Below, piece after piece: positions 41,972 through 51,819 of a stretch of DNA of 64,000 nucleotides (its first letter is position 1; the number at the start of each line of letters is the position of its first letter). The DNA is from Candidatus Poribacteria bacterium (lineage in GTDB: Bacteria > Poribacteria > WGA-4E > WGA-3G): positions 512,001-576,000 of the forward strand of contig OZ251518.1 in NCBI GenBank assembly GCA_965242965.1. The letters are read 5' to 3'. The notes beneath the pieces are model-generated. The model did not search any database. It saw only the letters and a program-made list of their open reading frames with translations, and had not been told where the DNA came from. The translations under genes were made by a program, and so were the position numbers.

Positions 41972-42288
41972 CGTTTTCTTCTCCTTTTTAACCCAGTTAG
42001 GGAATTCGTTTGTGGGCATCCGTGCCCATTTACGCCGACGTACGTTTTGCCGACTACTGTTAAGTATACATATTCTTGGGGGCAAAGTCAAGTGAAAAAT
42101 CACTTTTTTTACGATTTTTGCCCCCTAATCCGCCAGAATTCGTAAAAAAAGGCGGGAGCTGCTGCGTCTCTACTGTTACAAGGCATAGCTGCCCCCGAAC
42201 GTTTCCGCTTTCTTCGGGCGGAGCATCCGCACCACTGTCCGCCCCACAACCGTAACTGCAGGCGCGGACATTGATAAACATCTGGCGT

Positions 42289-42834
42289 TTAGCGCGGTGG
42301 AGATAAATGCAAACAATCCACACCGGGAAGGTTATTCTGCCAATAGACATCTATCACACTTCTTGTGAGGATGTTTTCACCTATATAATCATAAACAACA
42401 CCGGACTTGATGGCTGTTATATGATCAACCCCACCACTACTAGTCGTAATTGCCAAGTACTGAAAATCTTTGTTCCAGATGGCAATATCCTTTGCAGAGA
42501 CAGGATTCCCTATTGGTGGGATTTTAAAACGCTCCCATTCGGTATTTGTCTGCTGCTTAAGAATTCGCACTATCGAATCAGGATTTGGGGTTAGAGGATC
42601 AGTTAACCATTCCTCTAGTATAATCCCAGGGTTGTTGACCACTTCATCACGGCGTTTATCTTGTATTAACGCCTGTGCCAGCGTGTGGTAGTTGACACCA
42701 TCGAGATGTTCCAGTAAATTGGTTAGACATTGAAGAGCGCAATCTTGATATGTTTCAGCCCAGCGTCCCTTAAAATGTTTATGAACGTAAGTCCCTGGTG
42801 TTCGTCTGTTATTCATAATAACCTTTCTATTCAT
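42289..42834 (-). CDS. Hypothetical protein, possible papain-like/C39-type Cys-His-Asp peptidase
   Basis: QDCAL...HITAIKSGVVYD; GGAG RBS before ATG 42834. Confidence 0.6.
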   Translation of the reverse strand: MNRKVIMNNRRTPGTYVHKHFKGRWAETYQDCALQCLTNLLEHLDGVNYHTLAQALIQDKRRDEVVNNPGIILEEWLTDPLTPNPDSIVRILKQQTNTEWERFKIPPIGNPVSAKDIAIWNKDFQYLAITTSSGGVDHITAIKSGVVYDYIGENILTRSVIDVYWQNNLPGVDCLHLSPPR

Positions 42835-42936
42835 TTGTAAACTCCACCGCTGTCGTTTCAAGCGATGGGGATTTGGGTTAAGACTTGTCCGAAGTTCCGC
42901 TGGCGTGCCGGCGTGACTTCAGAATCTGTGCTACGG

Positions 42937-45924
42937 CTACGGGAGATAAATCCCCCGCTGCCGTAACCGCGCTTGCTGCGCCTCCAACGCCTGCTTGTCG
43001 GCTACCGGACAGCCGCCCAGATCGAACTTCGCGCGTTCTGCTTCAAGATCACAGGTAGACTTCTTTGTGCCAGCAATCGTCGGCTCGGCGCACAGCATCT
43101 CCCGTAGGCGATGCATCGCCTCGTGCGTCTCCCTGTCCGTGATGCCTAGCACCTCCGCTAGCAGCCGTGCATCCAGCACATGCCGCCATTCGTCCCAGAC
43201 ACACTCGTTATAGGGCAGCATCCGCGCCGCCTTAAGATCGGCGAAAATACAATCTGCCGCCACAAGTTGTTCGTCAGTAAGCTCGCGCACATCGAGGGAA
43301 GGCACGGATTTTATGTTGGACAGCGTATAGCGTCCACGCCCCGCCTGCTGCTTACTAGCGTTCATCCAATGGCACAGCAACCCTAATGTGGAATTCGTCC
43401 ACAACGTCCATGCAGTAGCTTGTCGGGATTGGGCAAGTTTCAGGTTCGTCAGCGAACACACCCCGATGGTAGGCTCCACTGTCCACGAAGCAATCACAGA
43501 ATTGCTGGAGAAGCGTAAATCGAGATGGTAATGGGTCTTGCTGGCCCGTGCAAGAATTTGCTGCGCCTTCTGCTCTTTACCAACTACAATCCGCGCCTGG
43601 GCGTTTGCATTAGTTTGCATTGCACGCTGACTCTCTGCTACCACTCCCCAAAGCGCAGGATAAGTCTCACCTGATGTCGGCGCACCCTCACGCACCTGAA
43701 ATGCTCCCATCCCGGCCACCTCATCTTTTATCGCACGATGATTATAGCCGAGTTGCCCAATGTCGCCCAGCGTAGTTATTGGTAGCGACTTGGGGATGGA
43801 CAGACGTGGCAAGTGCAACTCCCCTCGGCTCAGCTGGTATGCCATCTGAATTAATGAAAATGCACGAATGTTTGAGGGGGACCACTCATTCTCGTCAATA
43901 GGCGCGTCCAGCATATACCCTGCTACATGTTCGCCTATCCGCAGTTCCGCACCACCACCGGGCGCATCTTCCAGCCGATGGCCGAGGCTTTGCTGACGAA
44001 TGCAACCAGCCAATGTCTGTGCGCCCAGAAGACTTTCAGGACGTTCGGTTAGGCAGACAAACGTTGCGCGACCCGTATTCGCCCCGACTCCTTTCGTCGC
44101 TACCACCATGCACTCTCGCATACCTGTATCGTGTGAGAATGCGCTGTCGTAGCCGTCATTTTGGGCAATCGTCACCACGATCACATCGTGGTATTCTTCC
44201 GCCAGCATCCGACGCATTTTCTTCGTCGCAGCACCTATTAACACCGTCGAGGTTAAGATAAAGCCCATCGTCCCACCGACTTTCAACTTCCGATCGGACA
44301 TATCCACAAAATATGAGCCTAACCCATTCTTACCATTGGCGACACGCGTCAGCTTGTTATTCAGTTCTGCCTGCATCCGCTTCTTCTCTTCTTCGGAGCG
44401 GTTTTTGCCCTTAAACACTTCCTTCGCCTTCCTGCTATTGCCATCGCAGGGACGAGTAAACGGCGGATTCATGATAACGATGTCCATCTCACCATCAGGG
44501 AACTCCCGCTTGTAGTCGACGGTTGCGATGTCGTCGTCACCGATAATCTGCGCCGCCAGCGTCCCCAGCGTCCGCAGATCCAGTTGTTTGGTATCCAGTA
44601 GTTCCAGCGAACCGATTTTGTAGGACTCGTCGTCTTGAATCCCGTAGGGCGCGGTGATGACCCGAGTCTTACCCAACGTCGTCGTTGGATGCGTCGCCGC
44701 CATCGCTGTGAACGTTAAGTGCGTGGCATGCGGGAAGATATCCGAAGCCGCCAGATTGTTCTCCACCATCTCGCGATGGATTTCACGGCTACTCCGACCC
44801 GTCTTACGTTCATATAATTGTTGAACCCGCTTGTAAACGCCGTTAATCAGCGCGCCTGTCCCGCAGGCGTAGTCAGCAACTTTCGGCAGATTGTCGAGAT
44901 CGATGTCGGGACAAACCAGTGCCGACAGCAGTGCCGCGCTTTCAGGCAGTGTATAGTGCGCCTTTACGTAATCGCGGTCTACGACGAGTTTCTGGAACAG
45001 CTCGCCTCCGATTTCCTGAACCTGTGCCAGATGCGATTGGCAGATCTCGTTCGCCGTTTGCAACAGCCCTTTTAACACCCGCCGCGCCATCGCCACGTCA
45101 TACTCACGCATCACTTTGACGAGCGCAACAACATCGTTGAAAATCGGGACGTAGTTCACTTTCAAAATACGAACCCAGTCAGCGATAATGCCTTTATAGT
45201 TAATCTGCGCGTCGTCATCATAATGCTCCAGCCCACGCACTTCCTCGAACCCCTCCTTCCCTGCGACAGCATTCTGGAAGATGAACGCATCGATGACGAA
45301 CATGCACGCCATTTTACAGGCTTCCTCGGTAGCCTCTTGCCCCAGAATCTCCGCCAGCATGTCACCGATAACAGGACGTTCCTGAATCGAGCGTTCGATG
45401 TCCTTCGACCACTCTTCCATGCCCGCGCTGTAGACTTCGGCGACTTCGGCGATCTTTTTCGTCGGCGATGCACCGATGTGTAACGCCGTTGCGATGTCCT
45501 GCAGCGAACCTGTGGCATATCCCGACTTCGGGAAGTTACCCTCGCCGTCCGCCGTTATCACGCAGTAGTCAATCGCGTCTGTGTGGACTAGCGCATGCTC
45601 CAGCTCGTCGTCGTCAACGTCCTGCACCGCCTTCGGGTATCGCAGTGCAAGTCCTGCCGTTAACGTCGGCGATACACGTTGATACAGTGGTTTCAACCGC
45701 TGCCCGAAGTAATGCCAGCGGAGTTCGTTCACTGCCTCGGCGATCTCTGCTTTGTAACTCTTCGCCTCAATGGCGACTGTCTCGCGTCCATCTCGCATTG
45801 CGATAATGTCGGGCGTGCGCTGGTTACCTATGAACGCCGCTTGCTGTTCTCGGAATGTCCATCCGTGTGTCATCTTACTGAGCAATTCACGCACCTTCGT
45901 CGTGACCGTATTTTCCTTAATCAT
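42937..45924 (-). CDS. Fused restriction endonuclease / N6-adenine methyltransferase (type IIG/IIL-like)
   Basis: N-terminal PD..(IEAK) nuclease motif, DYACGTG motif I, MNPPF motif IV, C-terminal TRD-like region. Confidence 0.85.
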   Translation of the reverse strand: MIKENTVTTKVRELLSKMTHGWTFREQQAAFIGNQRTPDIIAMRDGRETVAIEAKSYKAEIAEAVNELRWHYFGQRLKPLYQRVSPTLTAGLALRYPKAVQDVDDDELEHALVHTDAIDYCVITADGEGNFPKSGYATGSLQDIATALHIGASPTKKIAEVAEVYSAGMEEWSKDIERSIQERPVIGDMLAEILGQEATEEACKMACMFVIDAFIFQNAVAGKEGFEEVRGLEHYDDDAQINYKGIIADWVRILKVNYVPIFNDVVALVKVMREYDVAMARRVLKGLLQTANEICQSHLAQVQEIGGELFQKLVVDRDYVKAHYTLPESAALLSALVCPDIDLDNLPKVADYACGTGALINGVYKRVQQLYERKTGRSSREIHREMVENNLAASDIFPHATHLTFTAMAATHPTTTLGKTRVITAPYGIQDDESYKIGSLELLDTKQLDLRTLGTLAAQIIGDDDIATVDYKREFPDGEMDIVIMNPPFTRPCDGNSRKAKEVFKGKNRSEEEKKRMQAELNNKLTRVANGKNGLGSYFVDMSDRKLKVGGTMGFILTSTVLIGAATKKMRRMLAEEYHDVIVVTIAQNDGYDSAFSHDTGMRECMVVATKGVGANTGRATFVCLTERPESLLGAQTLAGCIRQQSLGHRLEDAPGGGAELRIGEHVAGYMLDAPIDENEWSPSNIRAFSLIQMAYQLSRGELHLPRLSIPKSLPITTLGDIGQLGYNHRAIKDEVAGMGAFQVREGAPTSGETYPALWGVVAESQRAMQTNANAQARIVVGKEQKAQQILARASKTHYHLDLRFSSNSVIASWTVEPTIGVCSLTNLKLAQSRQATAWTLWTNSTLGLLCHWMNASKQQAGRGRYTLSNIKSVPSLDVRELTDEQLVAADCIFADLKAARMLPYNECVWDEWRHVLDARLLAEVLGITDRETHEAMHRLREMLCAEPTIAGTKKSTCDLEAERAKFDLGGCPVADKQALEAQQARLRQRGIYLP

Positions 45925-45946
45925 TTCAAAATTTCCTTATTAGAAT

Positions 45947-46594
45947 GAGGGTGTTTCATAACTCGTTAATGTCCGATAGACCGCAGCACGGCGAGGGACA
46001 GGCCCTCGCCCTACGTGAAGGGTGGGGCGTTTTTCGTCCAAGAAACCCTCCCGTTACCGTAGCGCGGGGGCCTGTCCCCCGCGAACGTTCGATAGACCGC
46101 AGCATGGCGAGGGACAGGCCCTCGCCCTACGGTGGGGTGGCGTTTTTTATCGTAGCGCGGGGGCCTGTCCCCCGCGATCGTTCGGTAGACCGCAGCATGG
46201 CGAGGGACAGGCCCCCGCCCTACGGTGGAAGGAGGGTGTTTTAGGTGACGTATGCCGCAGCTTCATACAGAGATTTTCACTTCCTCATATGCGTAAGCAG
46301 CGCGCTCCCGCGCGTCTTGCGCTTCAAACTCCAATGCCTCGCGAAGCGTGATTTGGAGCGTCTCCAGCAATGCCTCTCGTGTCCGTTCTTGGCACGTCAC
46401 GCCCGATACTTCGCGGATCCACCCGATCCACCACTCACCGCGATGTTGAATCTGAGCCGTATAGGTTTGTGACATTTCAAATCTCCTTTCCATCGCTACA
46501 ATTTTCGGTTAACGGTATAATCCCTGCCGGTCTAGCAGCATCGAGACCAGGAGGTCTCTCCTACCGGGGAGGCATCGATTTATGAAACACCCTC
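45947..46594. mobile_element. TIR-bounded REP mosaic enclosing a HicB-like gene
   Basis: GAGGGTGTTTCATAA ... TTATGAAACACCCTC perfect TIRs; no exact TSD. Confidence 0.75.
46263..46475 (-). CDS. HicB-family antitoxin (short form)
   Basis: YTAQI...GEWWIGWIREVSGVTCQERTREALLETL...LREALE; AAGGAG RBS. Confidence 0.85.
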   Translation of the reverse strand: MSQTYTAQIQHRGEWWIGWIREVSGVTCQERTREALLETLQITLREALEFEAQDARERAAYAYEEVKISV

Positions 46595-46599
46595 AGTTA

Positions 46600-46628
46600 A
46601 TTATAACAATTTTCGAGGCGTTTGTCAA
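46600..46628 (-). promoter_or_regulatory. Perfect consensus sigma-70 promoter firing into the TIR / hicB / R-M genes
   Basis: Minus strand TTGACA-17-TATAAT with TGn; the TIR begins 5 nt downstream. Confidence 0.8.
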
Positions 46629-47114
46629 GAAAAAATGCAATCCTTGACATTTTTCGGTTATCGGTATAATCCCCGCAACACCTCAAAAAAAACGCGGAAA
46701 CGTCTTACGCACGCACCCCGGATTACAAATCTGAATTCCAGGGACTTTCAAGCCAATCAGCGAACATGCCATCTCCACGCGGTGAGCTTCGTAAGTCAAC
46801 CTCAGGTCCGCCTGCCCGAGAGAATAGCCTCCCGCTGTAGTTTGCGAGTGCTTGCCGGTCTGGCAGCATCAAGACCAGGAGGTCTCTCCTACCGGGAAGC
46901 CATCGAGACCAGGAGGTCTCTCCTACCGGGGAGGCATCGATTTATGAAACACCCTATAATTCATCCCAAAATTGAATCACGCTGCAATTTTTTTCGCGCC
47001 AAAAATACGAAAATATGATAAAATAGTGATGATTGACGCAGAAACTACACCCGGTAGGTGTGTTTTGAAAGCGCGCCTATCCGGACAACAATCATGAGGA
47101 GAAGGAGGGTTTTG

Positions 47115-49319
47115 ATGATCATCGCAATTGACGAACGTTACAAAGAAAAAAGAGATCTGACCGCGAGAAAACTCCGCGCTGTCGTTGAAGAGAACACACC
47201 GCCGGCGTTCAGAGAACCGCTGTTCCCACAGGATGAGCCGGAGGCGTTCACGTTTTGGCTTGACAAAGAGCTCATAGAACGCCTGAAACTCTGGGAGTGG
47301 TTTCGGAACTACGCGAAGGAGGCGCGAGTGTCAACGGCTGGCATCCGCGGTCAGCAGAATATCTTATACCCGTGGGACACGCGCTTTCCGATTAACCAAG
47401 TCGGCATCGTCTTGGCAACGCTTGGCAAGAGTCTCGTCGCTAAGGAAGCGGCGGATGGGAACCCTATTGAGAAATTGGCTGCCTGCGAGTCGCGCTATCA
47501 CTCGGAGAAATATGTTGAACTCATCGCGCGCATTCAGGCCTCGCAGGGGATTCGCACCTACGTCCCAAAAGCAGCTTTGGGTGCTTCGCCCCAATACGAA
47601 ATGCCCATTTGGATGGCATCGTTTCTCATCTTCATGCTGGATTTAGATGGCGGCGAACATGTCACCTCCAGCCACTCTGTCAGCACGAAAAACGCCACGA
47701 AGGACCTCAACAATCAGGGAGGGCAGTATCTCCCGGAAGAGTCGATGCGGTTCGTCAACAAAATCGAGGAAATCCTCAAGACTGCCGAGGCGCGCGGCTA
47801 TGCCATCACGTTCAGCGCGGTGGACGATGAACACATCAATTTTGAGCGAGTGGCGGAACTTGACAACGGTGTGAAGCCTTATCTTGACTACCTCAAAATA
47901 GGTGTCGCGACGGAGGCGAATCTGAGCCTCATCCGTGAAGAGAAGCCGCCTATTGTCGTGGATTGTGTCGGCGGATGTATGTATCGTCCGATGCACGACA
48001 TCTTCAAGCGGCTGCGCATCGCCGATTCTGTCAAGTGGCTCCACGTTGAACCAGATCCGCTCTATCACAACATCGGCAAATTGGATCGGAACCCGAAAAC
48101 CGGCGCGGCGGAATTTTATGACTTAGGAGGTGACTTCAGCATCCTTGATGTCGTCAAATCTGTAAACTACGACGACAAACTGAAGGCTCAACCGATTGGC
48201 ACGGTAATTGAGGCGACGGATCCGGACGGCGACAGAATCATCGTCTGTCAGATAGAGGAAGCCGCGCGGGCGGAAACACTAACGCAGTTAGGCGTGGAAT
48301 TTCTAACCTTGGACGAAAATCGCCTATTAACGATTTACGCGCCGAACCAAGCGTTCCTGATGCTGATGGATTTCCATACGAAGCAACTTCGAGCGGCGGG
48401 ACTTTGGAAGAATCGTCCTCGATTCATGATTAAGACGACACCCTCCTCGCTCGCGTGGGACCAGTGGGCAAGTGCCAACGGCGTTGCGGTGCTGAACACC
48501 CCGGTCGGTTTCAAAGAAATCGCCGGGATGATGAAGAAGGTTGAGACGCAACTCGTCAATGCCCCAGATGCGCCTGTGATTGTGACAGATGTCTACGGAC
48601 GAACGGTTTCCCTCGGTGTGCAACCACGGCTACTCTTCGCCGGTGAAGAGAGTGGGGGGATGCTTACCGGGTCCGAAGAACTCATGCGGAGTCAAGGCGG
48701 CCGCACCGCATTGGCAGTGCGTGAAAAGTCGGCAGGGGAGGCGATGGTGCTGATTACGGCTCTCGCCGCGCATTGCAAACAGGAAGGACTCGCGCTCTCG
48801 GACTATCTCGCCGCCGTTTTTACGGAGAACCGCATCACGGCGACGCACGATGTGCGCGAGGAGATAACCTACTACAACGAGTCTGAACCAGACCCCGAGA
48901 AACTCCGCGCGACGAAACTAGAAGGCGAAGCAAGGCGTGATAAGAACGATCTCTTCTTCCTCGGCATCGCTATTGCACTGCACGATGAGAAAATTGAGAT
49001 AGAAGACGCGCGCGAGCTCCTCGCCGATGCGCTACCCGGACTCGATTTCACGACGTTGGAGGATGTCCGTTTCGTCGGCGATGGGACATATCTGCTGTTT
49101 CGCGATAAGTTCGTTGAGGTGCGCAAATCTGGGACGGATGCGAAGACGAAGGCTTACGCATCTGGCGCGGACAGAGCGGAATGCCGACGTTTTGCGAAGG
49201 CGTTCAGCGAAACAAGCGGCGAACTTACCGAACTTTATGAGGCACAAATCGGTCTAACTTATTTAACGGAAGTTAAAGCGAAATCGCGTCGGATTTACGA
49301 TGCGTTTCAGTCTGCCTAA
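47115..49319 (+). CDS. Alpha-D-phosphohexomutase (PGM/PMM) family, divergent
   Basis: STAGIRG, TSSH phospho-Ser loop, DPDGDR metal loop, GFK, GEESGG, VRKSGTD.K. Confidence 0.85.
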   Translation: MIIAIDERYKEKRDLTARKLRAVVEENTPPAFREPLFPQDEPEAFTFWLDKELIERLKLWEWFRNYAKEARVSTAGIRGQQNILYPWDTRFPINQVGIVLATLGKSLVAKEAADGNPIEKLAACESRYHSEKYVELIARIQASQGIRTYVPKAALGASPQYEMPIWMASFLIFMLDLDGGEHVTSSHSVSTKNATKDLNNQGGQYLPEESMRFVNKIEEILKTAEARGYAITFSAVDDEHINFERVAELDNGVKPYLDYLKIGVATEANLSLIREEKPPIVVDCVGGCMYRPMHDIFKRLRIADSVKWLHVEPDPLYHNIGKLDRNPKTGAAEFYDLGGDFSILDVVKSVNYDDKLKAQPIGTVIEATDPDGDRIIVCQIEEAARAETLTQLGVEFLTLDENRLLTIYAPNQAFLMLMDFHTKQLRAAGLWKNRPRFMIKTTPSSLAWDQWASANGVAVLNTPVGFKEIAGMMKKVETQLVNAPDAPVIVTDVYGRTVSLGVQPRLLFAGEESGGMLTGSEELMRSQGGRTALAVREKSAGEAMVLITALAAHCKQEGLALSDYLAAVFTENRITATHDVREEITYYNESEPDPEKLRATKLEGEARRDKNDLFFLGIAIALHDEKIEIEDARELLADALPGLDFTTLEDVRFVGDGTYLLFRDKFVEVRKSGTDAKTKAYASGADRAECRRFAKAFSETSGELTELYEAQIGLTYLTEVKAKSRRIYDAFQSA

Positions 49320-49470
49320 GAGAGGCCTTAGGACGGACGCAGCACGAACCTCGTATGCGCGGTTTCAAACCGCGCACGCTGGGAAAGCGCGCAGCCAACG
49401 CGCGTATACCGGCGAAAACTTGTAATCGCGGCTCTCTATAGCCGCCCACGAAAAAATAGGAGAGATTAAC

Positions 49471-50544
49471 ATGCCAAAAATAATTATCATTCTTCTCACC
49501 CTCGCTATCGGCGTTGTGTTCTTATTCGTGCAAGCACCCGCCGATGCCAAATGGCACCAGCAGCATGAAGTCCTTGACGAAAACGGCATGGGGACTATGC
49601 TACAAGATGTGCATTTCACCGATTCCCAAAACGGGCTAGTCGTCGGACAGGGAGGATTAATCCTCGTGACAGCCGATGGCGGCGCAAGTTGGACTAAAAT
49701 GGATGTGGATATGAGTCCACCTGGCGGCGGACGGCGCGGTGGTGGTGGCCCGCCGGGCGGTTTCGGTCGCGGTGGTGCCCCCGCGCTCTACAACATCTAT
49801 TTTGTTGATGCAAACGTCGGCTACATTACCGGCGGCAGAGGCACTATCCTGAAGACTGAAGATGGCGGCAAAACATGGGCGCGGAAGATGGCTCGGAACG
49901 CCGAGAGTGGCCAAGGTCAGAATCAGCGGCAGCGTCCAATGCGCGCCAATTTGATGGGGATTCAGATGCTCAACGCCGAGGTTGGCTTCATCGCCGGCTC
50001 CGAGAATACTATCCTCAAGACGATGGATGGCGGGGAGACGTGGGTGGGGAGTTCCCAGCGCGCCCGCGTCGGCGAAACTCGCAATAACCTTGAGAACATC
50101 TGGTTCGTCTCCCCGACGCACGGTTGGATTGTCGGTTCATTCGGGACGCTTCTCCACACTGCCGATGGCGGCGAGACGTGGGAAAAGCGGAACGCGGGTT
50201 TTGATAATAACCTGTTCGGCATCCATTTCATTGACGCTAACACAGGGTGGATTTGTGGACAAGAGGGGCTAGTCCTGAACACCACCGACGGCGGTGCCAC
50301 GTGGTCACAACAGTTAACCAAATCCGAGGAGGACCTGCACGACATCGTCTTTGTTGATGCGATGGTAGGCTGGGCTGTTGGTGCTTACAACGCCGTTTTA
50401 CACACCACCGATGGCGGCAAAACGTGGAATGCCACTAGTGTCGGCAACGGCATCGGGACGTTCAAAGCGGTCTCCGCTACGGATAAGAACCACTGTTGGG
50501 CGGTAGATGATTGGGGAGCTATTGTCGGCTATTCGCCGGAGTAG
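49471..50544 (+). CDS. Secreted YCF48-like / BNR-repeat beta-propeller
   Basis: Signal peptide; six repeats of the pattern F.D...G..(V)G..G.IL.T.DGG.TW. Confidence 0.88.
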   Translation: MPKIIIILLTLAIGVVFLFVQAPADAKWHQQHEVLDENGMGTMLQDVHFTDSQNGLVVGQGGLILVTADGGASWTKMDVDMSPPGGGRRGGGGPPGGFGRGGAPALYNIYFVDANVGYITGGRGTILKTEDGGKTWARKMARNAESGQGQNQRQRPMRANLMGIQMLNAEVGFIAGSENTILKTMDGGETWVGSSQRARVGETRNNLENIWFVSPTHGWIVGSFGTLLHTADGGETWEKRNAGFDNNLFGIHFIDANTGWICGQEGLVLNTTDGGATWSQQLTKSEEDLHDIVFVDAMVGWAVGAYNAVLHTTDGGKTWNATSVGNGIGTFKAVSATDKNHCWAVDDWGAIVGYSPE

Positions 50545-50606
50545 TTAGAAGACGAACGCTTGTAGGCGCGGTTTGAGACTGCGCCTACCGGTTTATAGGA
50601 GAACGC

Positions 50607-51815
50607 ATGTCACAACCAAAAAACCATAAAATCACCATGCTCGGCACGGGGCTCATCGGGATGTTCTATACGATGACGCTCCACAACCAGCGCGGCGCAG
50701 ACCGGGTGCACGTTGTCTATTCCCGCCGCGAAGAGCGCGCGAACGCCTTCGCTGAAGAGTGGAACATCCCGCACGCGACGACAGACCTGGGTGAAGCGAT
50801 TAACCATCCCGAAACGGATGTCGTCGTGATCGGACTGCCGAACAATTTGCATCTGGAAGCGGTGCAGCGCGCCGCCGAAGCCGGGAAGGCGATTCTCTGC
50901 ACGAAACCCCTCGGCCGCACCGCCGAAGAAGCGAAAAAGATGTTGGATATCGTTGAAAACGCCGGCGTTTTCGGGGGGTATCTTGAAGACCTGGTTTATC
51001 CGCCGAAAACTCTCAAGGCGTTAGAATCGGTGCAAAACGGCGCGCTCGGCAAGATTCTGTGGGTGCGTTCCCGCGAGACACACCCCGGCCCACACAGCGA
51101 CTGGTTCTGGGATCTGGAGCAGGCAGGCGGCGGTGCTATCGTTGACATGGGATGCCATTGCATCGAGATCGTCCGCAACTTCGTAGGCAAGGACAACCGC
51201 CCGGTTGAAGTGATGTGCTGGGCAGATACTCTCGTGCATCCTATCGATGCAGAAGACCACGGTATCGGGCTCATTCGGTTTGAGAGCGGCGCGATGGGAC
51301 AGTTTGAAGTCGGTTGGGCGTTCCGCGGCGGCATGGATCTACGCGATGAAGTCTCTGGCAGCGAAGGCACAATTTGGCTTAACCACTGGCTCCGCACCGG
51401 GTTTGAGATGTTCACCGCGGTTGGGCAAGGCGGCTACGTCGCCGAAAAAGCGGAGAGTGATACCGGGTGGCTCTTCCCGGTCGGCGATGAAGTCGCGGAA
51501 CTCGGCTATCGCGATATGTTTCTGGATATGTTCAACGCCATGGACGAAGGCAGGCAACCCCTTGAAACTTTCTATGACGGTTACGTCGTGAACGCCATCA
51601 TTGATGCTTGCTATGCCTCGGCGAAATCCAAGCAGTGGGAGCCGGTTAAACTTGAGGAATGGCGCGGCAAATCTGTTGCTGATACCGAAGCGGCGGATGC
51701 CGATGCCGATTCTCGGTACGCGCTCCTCAAAAACGAGCGGATGCCTGATGGCAGAATGAAGCGCATCTTCCGAGATCTGGAGACAGGAGAGATTATTGAG
51801 CGCGTTGAGGATTAA
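50607..51815 (+). CDS. Gfo/Idh/MocA family oxidoreductase
   Basis: [27 protein letters not shown]. Confidence 0.93.
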   Translation: MSQPKNHKITMLGTGLIGMFYTMTLHNQRGADRVHVVYSRREERANAFAEEWNIPHATTDLGEAINHPETDVVVIGLPNNLHLEAVQRAAEAGKAILCTKPLGRTAEEAKKMLDIVENAGVFGGYLEDLVYPPKTLKALESVQNGALGKILWVRSRETHPGPHSDWFWDLEQAGGGAIVDMGCHCIEIVRNFVGKDNRPVEVMCWADTLVHPIDAEDHGIGLIRFESGAMGQFEVGWAFRGGMDLRDEVSGSEGTIWLNHWLRTGFEMFTAVGQGGYVAEKAESDTGWLFPVGDEVAELGYRDMFLDMFNAMDEGRQPLETFYDGYVVNAIIDACYASAKSKQWEPVKLEEWRGKSVADTEAADADADSRYALLKNERMPDGRMKRIFRDLETGEIIERVED

Positions 51816-51819
51816 TCTG

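Noticed and set aside
41183-42148. Integron attC sites
   Set aside because: No RYYYAAC/GTTRRRY ends and no integrase; kept only as an unexplained palindrome finding.
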